A stretch of DNA of 51,125 bases. Origin: Alphaproteobacteria bacterium. GTDB taxonomy: Bacteria > Pseudomonadota > Alphaproteobacteria > GCA-2731375. The notes beneath the pieces are model-generated. The model searched no databases and was not told the origin of the DNA. It saw only the letters and a list, made by a program, of their open reading frames with translations. Below are positions 36,237-45,934 of this stretch, in pieces (position 1 is the stretch's first letter; every line of letters begins with the position of its first letter). A program made the position numbers and the translations under genes. The stretch covers positions 1 to 51,125 of the forward strand of contig JAPYUH010000004.1 of assembly GCA_029936195.1 (NCBI GenBank). Direction: 5' to 3'.

Positions 36237-38041
36237 TACGAAGCCTCCATCCGTTCTGGTCCATCGGACACCTCAAGATCGTCACCATCATCACGTTCGG
36301 CCAGTACCGCACGGCCCCGGCCACAGCGTTTGGCCTCATACAGCGCGCTGTCGGCGCGGTTGATCAAACAATCGAGATCATCATCAAAGGCCGGATCGGC
36401 CACCGCGATACCGATGGAAATACCCAGGGGATGTTCCGCGTCGCCGGAATATTCTTTTAAACTGGCGGCGCTCGCCAGCAGTTCGGCGGCCTTGTGACGG
36501 CCGCCTTCCAGCTCCGTTTCCTCCAGCCATACGGCAAATTCGTCACCACCCAACCGGCCGGCGATATCGCCATGCCGGCCCTTGCCACCGCCGCTCAGAA
36601 GCTTGGCGACGGCCACGAGGGCGGCATCGCCGACCTGATGGCCATGAGTGTCCTTGATGAATTCGAAGTAGTCCATGCCGATATAAAGCAGAATGCCCAT
36701 GCGTTTCTTGCGCCGGTGCTGGGCGATCCGCTTGCTGACGCTGTCGTGAAAGCCGCGCCGGTTCAACAGCCCGGTCAATTCATCGATGCTGGACAGCTCC
36801 TCCAGCCGCTCTTGAATTTCCGCCTGCGCCATGGCGATGCCCAGTTGCGCGGCGATATCCAGCAGGGTTGTCACCGCTTCTTCCAAGGCATCCGATTCTG
36901 CCAGGGCCACGCCCAGCACGCCCTTGGGCTGATAGCGGAAATGACAGGGCGCCAACAGGATCTGGCGACCGTCCAGGACCGTATGGTGCACCCGTTCGGG
37001 ATCGCCGGAAAGGGTCGCCAAGGCTTCCGCCATGATATCGATGGGCGGGGCGTCATCGTCGAGATGGCCGGCCGCCTGATGCAGGCCGCCGGCCTTGTCA
37101 TCGCGCAGGATCCAGATATGGCTGGCGGCTATTGCCGCATGGGTCGCGGCGGCGGCGGCGGTGAACATTTCCTCCGGCGTGACGGCATCGCATATGGAAT
37201 CCACGATGGAGCGGCTCAACCGTTCCCGCTCCTGGGCCCGGGCCAGTTCGGCCTGGCGCTGCTTTTCCCTGGTGATATCGCGGCAGACGCCGCGGACCCC
37301 TTACAAGCCGCCGTCGTCGTCGAACACGGGCAGACACGAGGCCCGAACGCAGATTTGTTCATCATCACGATTAAGCAACCAGCATTCCACCTCGTCCAGA
37401 TGGGTCAGGCTCTCGAACGGGTTCAAGGGTGCTTCCTGGCCGTCATCCGCCCCTGGGTCGGCGCTCTGGTCCACCAGCAAATCCCGCGCCGGGCGGCCAT
37501 CCAGCTCGTCCGGGCTGTAGCCCAACAGACCGCGCCCGGAGACGAAGGTAAAACAACCTTCCGCATCCGTTTCCCAGACGAAATCCGCCGAACAGGCAAC
37601 CAGGTCCTTGAACATTTGCCGCGATGCCACCAGGGCCCGGCCGAAATTCACATCGAAGGTGCTGTCCCGTGCCAGCAACAGCACACGGTCCGGAACGCCG
37701 CCATTTGCACCGCCTTCCGGCAACAAGGTTATATCGAAAACCCCTTCGCCGGTGGGAATGGGCAATTGAAACCGCTTTGAGGTGACGCCGCCGCCCTGTA
37801 GAACATCTTCCAACATCGCCCGCAATCCCGTGCCCGCTATGCCGTCCAGGGCGGTCAGCACGGGCTTGGCCAGACCATTGGCCGATTGCACGGCGCCGGT
37901 CCCATCAAAGATCACCACGGGGCCCGCGTAATCGGCGATCAATTCCCCCGTGGCCAGCGTCAAGGGCCCGCCGCCGGCGGTTTTATCGGATGCTGCCTGG
38001 GCCATTCCAAAGGCCGAACGTAAAAGGGGAAAATTTGCCAC
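36236..38041 (-). pseudogene. PAS-GAF-GGDEF diguanylate cyclase reading frame interrupted by an in-frame TAA. It may instead be expressed as two proteins.
   Basis: Track ORFs 37301..38041 (PAS: FVWETDAEGCFTFVSGRGLLGYSPDEL) and 36236..37219 (GAF-like plus GGDEF: RHGD I-site, RLGGDEFAVW) are in the same frame. Only a TAA at 37301-37303 separates them. The 27 bridging codons read GVRGVCRDITREKQRQAELARAQERER, a canonical PAS C-terminus and linker. Confidence 0.7.
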
Positions 38042-38132
38042 TATGCCCGCTTCGTTTTTTGCCTGTTTTACCTCGGTTTGAATGTAGCAGACCGCCTCTT
38101 AACGGCGCCTTAATTACCTGACAATTGCGATA

Positions 38133-39467
38133 TCAGAGAAATTTGCCGATTTGCTTGATCATTTCCGCTTCCGATTGGGGGTAGTCGGTGCCATGACGGG
38201 CATTGAGCAGCATTTTCGGCGGAATATGGCCCGTCCGGCTTTGGATCTGGATTGCCGTGCGCATGGAAAGACCGGCTTTCCAGGCCAACGCGGTGATGGA
38301 CTTGGCGGAGGAGGTAGCGATGATTTTTCGTATCATATCCGCCGGCATCTCGGCGCGTAGGGCCAGCGCCTCGATCACGAAATCATTTTGGCCCGACAGC
38401 AGCGCCTGCTCCATGGCCTCGTCATCCAGCAACATGCGCTGGCCCAGGACCATGACCTGTTCGCGGACCTCTTCCTGCACTTTACCGCCGCTTTTGGCGA
38501 TCCGCTTCTTTACCCGTTTGGTCAGGAAACGGGTTGTCTCCTGGTCCAGATCATTGCGTTCGGCCAGTTTTTGCAACAGAGAAGATGCGACGAAACCGGC
38601 CACCTGGCGCGCCGCGCGGATGGAAAGTTCGGGACGCATGACCAAGGGCTCGTGCCAGCTTTGCACATCCGCCGCGTTATCGGCGATTCTGTCCAGGGTC
38701 GCCTCGCGGATCGAGGCCCGCTTGTTGGCCAGCAAGGTCGCCACGGCGGGCACATCGAAGGTGGCTACCACTGCATCGGAGACGTCTTCGGAAACCTTCG
38801 ATCTGTTGGCGATGGCGCTAAGCGCTTCCTGGGCACAGCCCGCCGCGATCACCTCCATCAGATCGGCATCGCTTAGCAGGGGCGAATATTCCAATACCGG
38901 CGCCGAAACGATGACGGCGGCATCAAGCGCCAGTTGCCGGATGATGGCGTGGGGGACATGGTGGCTGCTTTTCAATTCCTCGGCCAGCAGAGCCCGGACG
39001 CGGGGCAGTTGGTCGGACGCCAGGCTGCGTAGCATGTCGAATGTCAGCTCGCGGACCTTTTCCTGCTCGTCATCGGGCATATCGGGCAGCAGACGGGCAA
39101 TTTTAAGGGCCAGATCGCCGCGCACGTTGTCATCGGCATCCTCCATCAGAATTTCGTCCGCCTGCATGGGCGTGGCCGGGTTGGCGGCCACGGCCTGGCG
39201 CACTTCCACGGCCTCGTCGCCGGCAAGGAAGTACAGAATTTCGGGCCGCGTGTCGGCGGCCTGGGCCAATTGCAGCCGCGCCGTCAGATCGGCGTTCGCC
39301 AACATATCCCTTTGCGCGCTGTAATCCAGCCCCTCCGCCGGCGCCTCCATTGGGATGGACGGTTGCGCCGATGCCGCGGGCAATGCAGCAGGCAATACAA
39401 CGGGCAATGCGGTCGGCGGGGGAGCCGGTGGCTGTTTCGATTTGCGTTTTAAGAGATTTCTAAGCAT
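38133..39467 (-). CDS. DUF2336-domain protein, paralog B, with a Pro/Ala-rich N-terminal extension
   Basis: 444-aa ORF, collinear with paralog A over its whole length. It ends 91 nt upstream of the PAS-GGDEF start. Confidence 0.75.
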   Translation of the reverse strand: MLRNLLKRKSKQPPAPPPTALPVVLPAALPAASAQPSIPMEAPAEGLDYSAQRDMLANADLTARLQLAQAADTRPEILYFLAGDEAVEVRQAVAANPATPMQADEILMEDADDNVRGDLALKIARLLPDMPDDEQEKVRELTFDMLRSLASDQLPRVRALLAEELKSSHHVPHAIIRQLALDAAVIVSAPVLEYSPLLSDADLMEVIAAGCAQEALSAIANRSKVSEDVSDAVVATFDVPAVATLLANKRASIREATLDRIADNAADVQSWHEPLVMRPELSIRAARQVAGFVASSLLQKLAERNDLDQETTRFLTKRVKKRIAKSGGKVQEEVREQVMVLGQRMLLDDEAMEQALLSGQNDFVIEALALRAEMPADMIRKIIATSSAKSITALAWKAGLSMRTAIQIQSRTGHIPPKMLLNARHGTDYPQSEAEMIKQIGKFL

Positions 39468-39536
39468 CGCGGCTTGAAGTTTATCGCGGGCCTATTAAAG
39501 CCTTGTTAATGCCGCGCGCGGTCTTAATGTGGCCGC

Positions 39537-40211
39537 ATGCAAGAACGATTAAAAAGCAGCCTTGATAATATCGCCGTCTGGGTCTTCGATCTGGATAACA
39601 CCCTGTATCCCGCGCACTGCGATCTGGGCGCTCAATTGGGCCAACGCATGGGCGCCTTCGTGGCCCGGTTTCTGAACCTGCCCCTGGATCAGGCGCGGGT
39701 GTTGCAGAAGAAATATTTCCATGCCCACGGCACCACCTTGCGCGGCCTGATGCTGGAGCATGACCTCCACCCAGATGATTACCTGGACTATGTCCATGAT
39801 TTGGATCTCTCCGGCATTCCCCTCGATGACCGCCTAGGCCCGGCCCTGCAGGCCTTGCCGGGGCGCAAGGTGATCTATACCAACGCCACCAACAAACATG
39901 CCCACCGGGTGCTGGGCCACCTTGGCGTCAAGCATCATTTCGACGGATTTTTCGACATCATTGACGCTGATTTCATCCCTAAACCCAATCAGCAACCCTA
40001 TGAAACCTTGCTGCGGCGTCACGGCATTGATCCCAACCGGGCGGCGATGGTCGAGGATATTGCCCAGAACCTGGTGCCGGCTTCAAATCTGGGCATGGCC
40101 ACGGTTTGGGTGCGGGGCGGGCGGAATATCGCCCTAACGGACGAGCAATTGCAGCACGTGCAACACACCACGGATGATCTGGCAGCCTGGATTGGGGAAT
40201 TGCCAAATTGA
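39537..40211 (+). CDS. Pyrimidine 5'-nucleotidase (HAD superfamily, subfamily IA)
   Basis: VWVFDLDNTLY (DxDxT), YTNATNKHA, KPNQQPYE, MVEDIAQNL. Confidence 0.8.
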   Translation: MQERLKSSLDNIAVWVFDLDNTLYPAHCDLGAQLGQRMGAFVARFLNLPLDQARVLQKKYFHAHGTTLRGLMLEHDLHPDDYLDYVHDLDLSGIPLDDRLGPALQALPGRKVIYTNATNKHAHRVLGHLGVKHHFDGFFDIIDADFIPKPNQQPYETLLRRHGIDPNRAAMVEDIAQNLVPASNLGMATVWVRGGRNIALTDEQLQHVQHTTDDLAAWIGELPN

Positions 40212-40221
40212 GTGTGCTTGA

Positions 40222-40256
40222 CTGCTGCTTGACAGCAGCCTAGGCACGGGTAGTTT
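40222..40256 (+). promoter_or_regulatory. Hairpin overlapping a possible -35/-10 pair upstream of dapD
   Basis: The hairpin is CTGCTG-cttga-CAGCAG. The putative promoter is TTGACA (40229-40234), a 16-nt spacer, then TAGTTT (40251-40256). Weak evidence. Confidence 0.25.
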
Positions 40257-40284
40257 GCCGCAAATTTACAGCGGAGAGAAATTC

Positions 40285-41112
40285 ATGAATACCACCCCCC
40301 TTGAAACCGTCATCAACGAGGCCTGGGAACAGCGCGACAGCATCAGTATCAACACCACCGGTGAAATGCGCGAAGCCGTCGATACCGCCCTTGATGCCCT
40401 GGACAAGGGCGAGCAGCGGGTGGCGGAAAAAAACGCCGACGGCTGGGTGGTCAATCAATGGCTGAAAAAGGCCGTGTTGCTGTCGTTCCGTCTGAACGAC
40501 ATGACGGCGATCGAGGGCGGGCCGGGGCCGGGTACCACCTGGTATGACAAGGTGCCTTCGAAATTCGAAGGTTGGGGCGATAATCAATTCCGCGCCGCCG
40601 GCTTTCGCGCGGTGCCCAATTGCGTGGTGCGCAAATCCGCCTATATCGCGCCAAACGTGATCCTGATGCCCAGCTTCGTCAATCTTGGCGCCTATGTGGA
40701 CAGCGGTACCATGGTGGATACCTGGGCCACGGTGGGCAGTTGCGCCCAGATCGGCAAAGATTGCCATATCTCGGGCGGTGCGGGCATCGGCGGCGTGTTG
40801 GAGCCGCTGCAGGCCGAACCGGTGATCATCGAAGACAATTGTTTCATCGGCGCCCGTTCGGAAGTGGCCGAGGGCGTGGTGATCGAGACGGGCGCCGTGT
40901 TGTCCATGGGTGTCTTCATCGGTGCTTCCACCAAGATCGTCAACCGGGCCACGGGGGAAGTCACCTATGGCCGGGTACCGGCCTATTCCGTGGTCGTGCC
41001 CGGCTCCATGCCGACCACGGGCGGGGTCAGCCTGTATTGTGCCGTCATCGTCAAGCAGGTGGACGCGGGCACACGCGCCAAGACCTCCATCAACGAACTG
41101 CTGCGCGATTAG
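40285..41112 (+). CDS. dapD: 2,3,4,5-tetrahydropyridine-2,6-dicarboxylate N-succinyltransferase
   Basis: Start at [15 protein letters not shown], after GGAGAG. Contains hexapeptide-repeat LbH core motifs. Confidence 0.9.
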   Translation: MNTTPLETVINEAWEQRDSISINTTGEMREAVDTALDALDKGEQRVAEKNADGWVVNQWLKKAVLLSFRLNDMTAIEGGPGPGTTWYDKVPSKFEGWGDNQFRAAGFRAVPNCVVRKSAYIAPNVILMPSFVNLGAYVDSGTMVDTWATVGSCAQIGKDCHISGGAGIGGVLEPLQAEPVIIEDNCFIGARSEVAEGVVIETGAVLSMGVFIGASTKIVNRATGEVTYGRVPAYSVVVPGSMPTTGGVSLYCAVIVKQVDAGTRAKTSINELLRD

Positions 41113-42327
41113 ATGGCCAATAACGTAACAGGGGGCAACCAGCCCATTGATCCGGTTGAACTGACGCGGACCCTGATCCGTTGCGCCTCCGTTACGCCCA
41201 CGGACGGCGGTGCCCTGGGCGTCACGGGCGCGGCCTTGGAAAGTCTGGGTTTCACCACCCATCACATGACGTTTTCCGAGGCCGGCACCCCCGACGTGGA
41301 TAATCTGTATGCCCGCCTGGGCGACAGCGGCCCCAATTTCTGCTTCGCGGGCCACACGGACGTGGTTCCCGTGGGCGATGCCGATGCTTGGAGCCTGGAA
41401 CCCTTCGCGGCCGATATCAAGGACGGTATCCTCTATGGCCGGGGCGCCACGGACATGAAGGGCGCGGTCGCCGCCTTTATCGCCGCCGTGGATATGTTTT
41501 TGACCCAGCGGGCGGGTGGCTTTGACGGCTCGATCTCTCTATTGATTACGGGCGATGAAGAGGGGCCCTCCATCAACGGCACGGTCAAGGTGCTGGATTG
41601 GCTCAAACAGCGGGGTGAAAAGCTGGACCATTGCCTGGTGGGCGAGCCGACCAACCCGGACGCCTTGGGCGACATGGTCAAGATCGGCCGGCGGGGCAGC
41701 ATGACCGGCAAACTGGTGGTCAAGGGCGTGCAGGGCCATGTGGCCTATCCTCACCTGGCCGATAATCCCCTGCCGCGGCTGATCAAGATGCTGGACCGCC
41801 TGACCGATCACACTTTCGATGGGGGCAATAATCATTTTACCCCGACCAATCTGGAACTGGCCTCCATCGACGTGGGCAACACCGCCGCCAACGTGATCCC
41901 GGCCAGGGCGGAGGCGTTGTTCAATATCCGCTTCAACACGGAGCAAACCTCCGACGCGTTGGAAGCCTGGTTGCGGGCCCAATGCGATGCCGTTGGTGGG
42001 GAATATAGCCTGGACATCAACGCCGGTTCACAGCCGTTTCTGACCGAGCCGGGCCCGTTCACGGAGCTGATTTCCGGCGCGGTGGAGGATATCACCGGCA
42101 GCCAACCCGCCTTGACCACGACTGGCGGCACCTCCGATGCGCGGTTTATTCATCACCATTGCCCGGTGGCGGAATTCGGCCTGATATCCGAGAGCATGCA
42201 CAAAGTGGACGAACAAGCCTCGGTCGTCGACATCGAACACCTGACCCGAATCTACGCGCGCATACTGGAGCGCTACTTCGACCCGGACGGCAATGATGAT
42301 CGTGGGGGCGGCCTTCATGCTGCTTGA
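41113..42327 (+). CDS. dapE: Succinyl-diaminopimelate desuccinylase
   Basis: M20 peptidase motifs: FAGHTDVVP, GRGATDMKG, GDEEG, GTSDARF. The ATG follows the dapD stop directly. Confidence 0.9.
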   Translation: MANNVTGGNQPIDPVELTRTLIRCASVTPTDGGALGVTGAALESLGFTTHHMTFSEAGTPDVDNLYARLGDSGPNFCFAGHTDVVPVGDADAWSLEPFAADIKDGILYGRGATDMKGAVAAFIAAVDMFLTQRAGGFDGSISLLITGDEEGPSINGTVKVLDWLKQRGEKLDHCLVGEPTNPDALGDMVKIGRRGSMTGKLVVKGVQGHVAYPHLADNPLPRLIKMLDRLTDHTFDGGNNHFTPTNLELASIDVGNTAANVIPARAEALFNIRFNTEQTSDALEAWLRAQCDAVGGEYSLDINAGSQPFLTEPGPFTELISGAVEDITGSQPALTTTGGTSDARFIHHHCPVAEFGLISESMHKVDEQASVVDIEHLTRIYARILERYFDPDGNDDRGGGLHAA

Positions 42328-42898
42328 GGTCACCCGTTCGATCCATGGCGCGTGGCGTGTCGCCCGCATGGACCCGGACGCCCTGGACTATTTCGACCTG
42401 ACCATCGATGGCTTCTGGCGCTCCTTCGCCGCCCTGCTTGTCGTAGCGCCGTTCTATATTATTTTTCTGATCCTCAATTACGGCAACCAGGCCGGCCTGG
42501 AACTGCCCACCGGGCCGGTGGTTTCAACGGAATTCTACGTCGCCGTGAAGCTGGTCGCCTATATTATCGGCTGGTTGGCCTTTCCCCTGATCATGGTGCC
42601 CATATCGCGGCTGCTGGATCTGAGCCAGAACTATGTCCCCTACATTATCGTTTGGAACTGGTCCAACGTGCTGGTGATGGCGGTGATCCTGCCCACGGTG
42701 TTGCTGTTTCCACCCGCCGCCCAGACCGGCGCCGCCGCCAAGATGGTCCTGATGGGGGCTCAGATCGCCATGCTGTTCTATGGCTATCTGGTGGCCCGCG
42801 CCGGATTGCGCTGCAAGATCCTCACCGCCGTCGGCGTCGTCGTTCTGGATTTGCTGTTAAGCCTGTTGCTGAGCCTCATGGCGGGCCGCCTGCTTTGA
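42293..42898 (+). CDS. Hypothetical polytopic membrane protein
   Basis: 201-aa ORF with 4-5 hydrophobic helices. It overlaps the dapE 3' end. The true start may be the internal ATG at 42317 or a later one. Confidence 0.55.
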   Translation: MMIVGAAFMLLEVTRSIHGAWRVARMDPDALDYFDLTIDGFWRSFAALLVVAPFYIIFLILNYGNQAGLELPTGPVVSTEFYVAVKLVAYIIGWLAFPLIMVPISRLLDLSQNYVPYIIVWNWSNVLVMAVILPTVLLFPPAAQTGAAAKMVLMGAQIAMLFYGYLVARAGLRCKILTAVGVVVLDLLLSLLLSLMAGRLL

Positions 42899-42903
42899 AG
42901 CTT

Positions 42904-42915
42904 TTCAAGCTTGAA
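42904..42915. repeat. 12-bp perfect palindrome TTCAAGCTTGAA in the 22-nt gap between convergent genes
   Basis: Read directly from the sequence. Possibly a minimal bidirectional terminator stem. Confidence 0.4.
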
Positions 42916-42920
42916 ATACT

Positions 42921-44000
42921 TTAGCCGGGCTCCAGCCGGGCGGGATCAAAGTGCGCCAGGTCTATCGTCGTGGCGCGACCTTCCACGATCAGTTCGGCCA
43001 TGGCCTCGCCGGTGGCCGGTGCGTTCAGCATGCCCCAAACATTGTGCCCGGTTGCCACATAGGCGCCCGGGACATCGGTCACCTGTCCGATCTGAGGCAG
43101 CCCGTCGACGGTCAGGGGGCGATAGCAGGCCTGGACCGCCAAAACCTTCGCGGCGGCCAGATCCGGTGAAATCCGGGCCGTCATCCGGCGCAGTTTTTCA
43201 GTTGCGCCCGGCTCCGGCAGCACATCGGCGGGATCGATGGGCAGGGCGTCATGACCGGATAGGCCGCAGACATAGGTGGTGCCGTCGGGGCGGGGGTTAA
43301 TTTCCGGCGCGGCGATCTCCCCATCATCGGTTTCCAACTCCACAAACAGGGATTGAGGCGACGGCGCGTAGTCGAAGACCAGACTGTGCCCCTTGGAACC
43401 CATGGTCGCCCCCAGGGGCAGCCATTCGCAGGCAAGTATCGACCATGGTCCCAGGGCGATCACCACCGCATCACAGCGCAGCACCGCGCCATCGACCATG
43501 ACGCCCGTGACATGGCCGCTCTTGGGATCGCGGGATATGCCCTCGACGCAGCCGTTTACCAACGTGGCGCCGTTTTCGATCGCCGCCGTCATCATGGCAT
43601 GGGTAAAGGCCGCCGGGTTGATCTGCGCGGTGGATGCGGTCGTGCCCAGTTGGCCGTGTACGGCGGCCCCATCACCCAGCCAACCGGGCGAGGGCAGCTT
43701 GCGGTAAGCGCTGATGTCCCGCCGGGCGGAGGCGACCACGCCCAGGGTGTCGACCCGGCGATAGCCCCAGTTTGCGCCTATTTCCGCCGCCAACTGCCCG
43801 TGCAGGGCAAAGCTGCGCCGCGCCATGGGCGCCAGGAGCGTGCCGTCACACCAATCCAGGGCCAAAAACCCGCCTGATTTGCCCGACGCGCCGTTTGCAA
43901 CACCCGTGCGCTCGACCACGACGGCTTCCACATTGCGCCGGCTGAGAAAATAGGCGGTCGACGTGCCAATCACCCCGCCGCCGCAGATAGCGACTTTCAT
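42921..44000 (-). CDS. FAD-dependent oxidoreductase (DAO/glycine oxidase-like family)
   Basis: MKVAICGGGVIGTSTAYFL dinucleotide-binding start; 359 aa. Confidence 0.75.
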   Translation of the reverse strand: MKVAICGGGVIGTSTAYFLSRRNVEAVVVERTGVANGASGKSGGFLALDWCDGTLLAPMARRSFALHGQLAAEIGANWGYRRVDTLGVVASARRDISAYRKLPSPGWLGDGAAVHGQLGTTASTAQINPAAFTHAMMTAAIENGATLVNGCVEGISRDPKSGHVTGVMVDGAVLRCDAVVIALGPWSILACEWLPLGATMGSKGHSLVFDYAPSPQSLFVELETDDGEIAAPEINPRPDGTTYVCGLSGHDALPIDPADVLPEPGATEKLRRMTARISPDLAAAKVLAVQACYRPLTVDGLPQIGQVTDVPGAYVATGHNVWGMLNAPATGEAMAELIVEGRATTIDLAHFDPARLEPG

Positions 44001-44156
44001 GGCGCCCCCAATTCATTGCGCCGGCATCATAGGGTGCCATAATCGCCATCGTCCAATACTTGATATGGTTTTCCCGTCGGGAGCGACTTCCCGCATGTAG
44101 CTTTGTTCCGCCGCTTTGGTTAGCATTCTGGAAGAGCTATTTCACCGGGAGAGATC

Positions 44157-45905
44157 ATGGCCGAGGGGAGCGTGGAGAGACGGCTGGCCGCCATCCTTGC
44201 CATTGACGTGGCCGGCTGCTCGCGTCTCATGGGCGCCGACGAGGACGGCACCCTGGCGGCCCTCAAGGCGCACCGGGCGGTGACGAAACCCATCGGCGAG
44301 GGCCATGGCGGCCGCGTGGTCGGCACCGCCGGGGACGGCGAACTTTGGGAATTTCTGTCCGTCACCGAGGCTGTTCTGTGCGCGGTGGAGGTGCAAACCA
44401 TAATGGCCGAACGCAATTCGGAGGTGCCTTCGGGGCGGCAAATGCTCTACCGCATCGGCATCAACCTTGGCGATGTGATGATCGATGGCGCCGATATCCA
44501 CGGCGACGGAGTCAACATCGCCGCCCGCCTGGAAGCCTTGGCCGAACCAGGCGGCATCTGCATTTCGCAAATGGTTTTGGAGACAGTGCGCGACCGCCTG
44601 AATGTTGCCTTTGACGATCTGGTCGAAGTCGAGGTGAAGAATATCGCCCGCCCCATCAGGGCCTGGCGCTGGTCGCCGGCGCCCTTCGCGGTGGAAGCCC
44701 CATTGGCCTTGCCCGACAAGCCCTCTCTCGCCGTGCTGCCGTTCGACAACATGTCCGGCGATGAGGAGCAAGAATACTTTGCCGACGGCATCACGGAGGA
44801 CATCACCACCGCCCTGAGCCGCATCAGCAATTTCTTCGTGATCGCCCGCAACAGCGCCTTTAGCTATAAGGGACGGTCCATCGATGTGCGCCAGGTGGGC
44901 CGGGAACTTGGCGTGCGCTATCTGTTGGAGGGCAGCGTCCGCAAGGCCGGCGATCGCATGCGCATTACCGGCCAGTTGGTGGACGCGGAGACGGGCGCCC
45001 ATCTTTGGGCTGACAAGTTCGATAGTTCCGCAGAGGACGTATTCGAGCTGCAGGATCGCGTGACGGCAGCGGTGGCGGGCGCCATCGAGCCGTCGGTGAC
45101 AAAGGCGGAGATTATCCGGGCCGGCCTGAAGCCTACCGACAACCTGCAAGCCTACGATTATTTATTGCAGGCATTGGGAGCCTCGGAACTCTATAGCCGC
45201 GAAGGCGTCGAACAGGCCATACGTCTGTCGCGGCACGCAACGGAAATGGACCCGAAATATGCTCAAGCCTATGCCTATATTGCCCATTGGATTCAGCTTC
45301 AATACATCTATGGCTGGCTGGATAATGAGGAGCAGGAAATCCAAGAAGGCATCGGGTTTTCATATTTGGCCGTGCAATTACAGCCTAACGATCCCACCGT
45401 ATTGACCCAGGCTGCATTTGCCTTGGGTCATCTGAACGTTGATCTTGCGACTGCCATTCCCTGGTTCGACCGCGCCCTTGCGCTCAATCCGAATTCGGCA
45501 ATGGCTTTTGGCCGGGGGGCGGTGGTGCGCAATTTCGCCGGTGAATACGCGACCGCCGCCGAGCACGCTGAACGCGCGATCCGGCTTAGCCCTTTCGATA
45601 CATTTATCTTTGCCTTCAGCATGGCGCGCGGCGTCAGCCATTTGATGCGGCGGGAATTGTCTGACGCCGTATCATGGACGCGCAAGGCGGCTCAGGAAAA
45701 CCCACGGCATTCTTCGACCTTCCTGAATCTGGCGAGCGCGCTGGCCCATTCCGGTCAATTGGAAGAAGCCCGCTCAGTCATGAACCACTTTTTGGAGCTG
45801 CGGCCAGTGAGCAGTGTCGCATGGGAGTTGCAACGCCGGCGCTATCCAATGGACGACTTCAACTATCTTCTCGAAGGCGCGCGCACGGCCGGCCTGCCCG
45901 AATGA
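44157..45905 (+). CDS. Class III adenylate/guanylate cyclase domain protein with a C-terminal TPR region
   Basis: RLAAILAIDVAGCSRLMG...GDGELWEF...HGDGVNIAARLE cyclase core, then LAVLPFDNMSGDEEQEYFADGITEDI (TolB-N-like module), then TPR-like helices. Confidence 0.8.
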   Translation: MAEGSVERRLAAILAIDVAGCSRLMGADEDGTLAALKAHRAVTKPIGEGHGGRVVGTAGDGELWEFLSVTEAVLCAVEVQTIMAERNSEVPSGRQMLYRIGINLGDVMIDGADIHGDGVNIAARLEALAEPGGICISQMVLETVRDRLNVAFDDLVEVEVKNIARPIRAWRWSPAPFAVEAPLALPDKPSLAVLPFDNMSGDEEQEYFADGITEDITTALSRISNFFVIARNSAFSYKGRSIDVRQVGRELGVRYLLEGSVRKAGDRMRITGQLVDAETGAHLWADKFDSSAEDVFELQDRVTAAVAGAIEPSVTKAEIIRAGLKPTDNLQAYDYLLQALGASELYSREGVEQAIRLSRHATEMDPKYAQAYAYIAHWIQLQYIYGWLDNEEQEIQEGIGFSYLAVQLQPNDPTVLTQAAFALGHLNVDLATAIPWFDRALALNPNSAMAFGRGAVVRNFAGEYATAAEHAERAIRLSPFDTFIFAFSMARGVSHLMRRELSDAVSWTRKAAQENPRHSSTFLNLASALAHSGQLEEARSVMNHFLELRPVSSVAWELQRRRYPMDDFNYLLEGARTAGLPE

Positions 45906-45934
45906 CAGGTCGTCGATACGAATTGGCTGGATAG

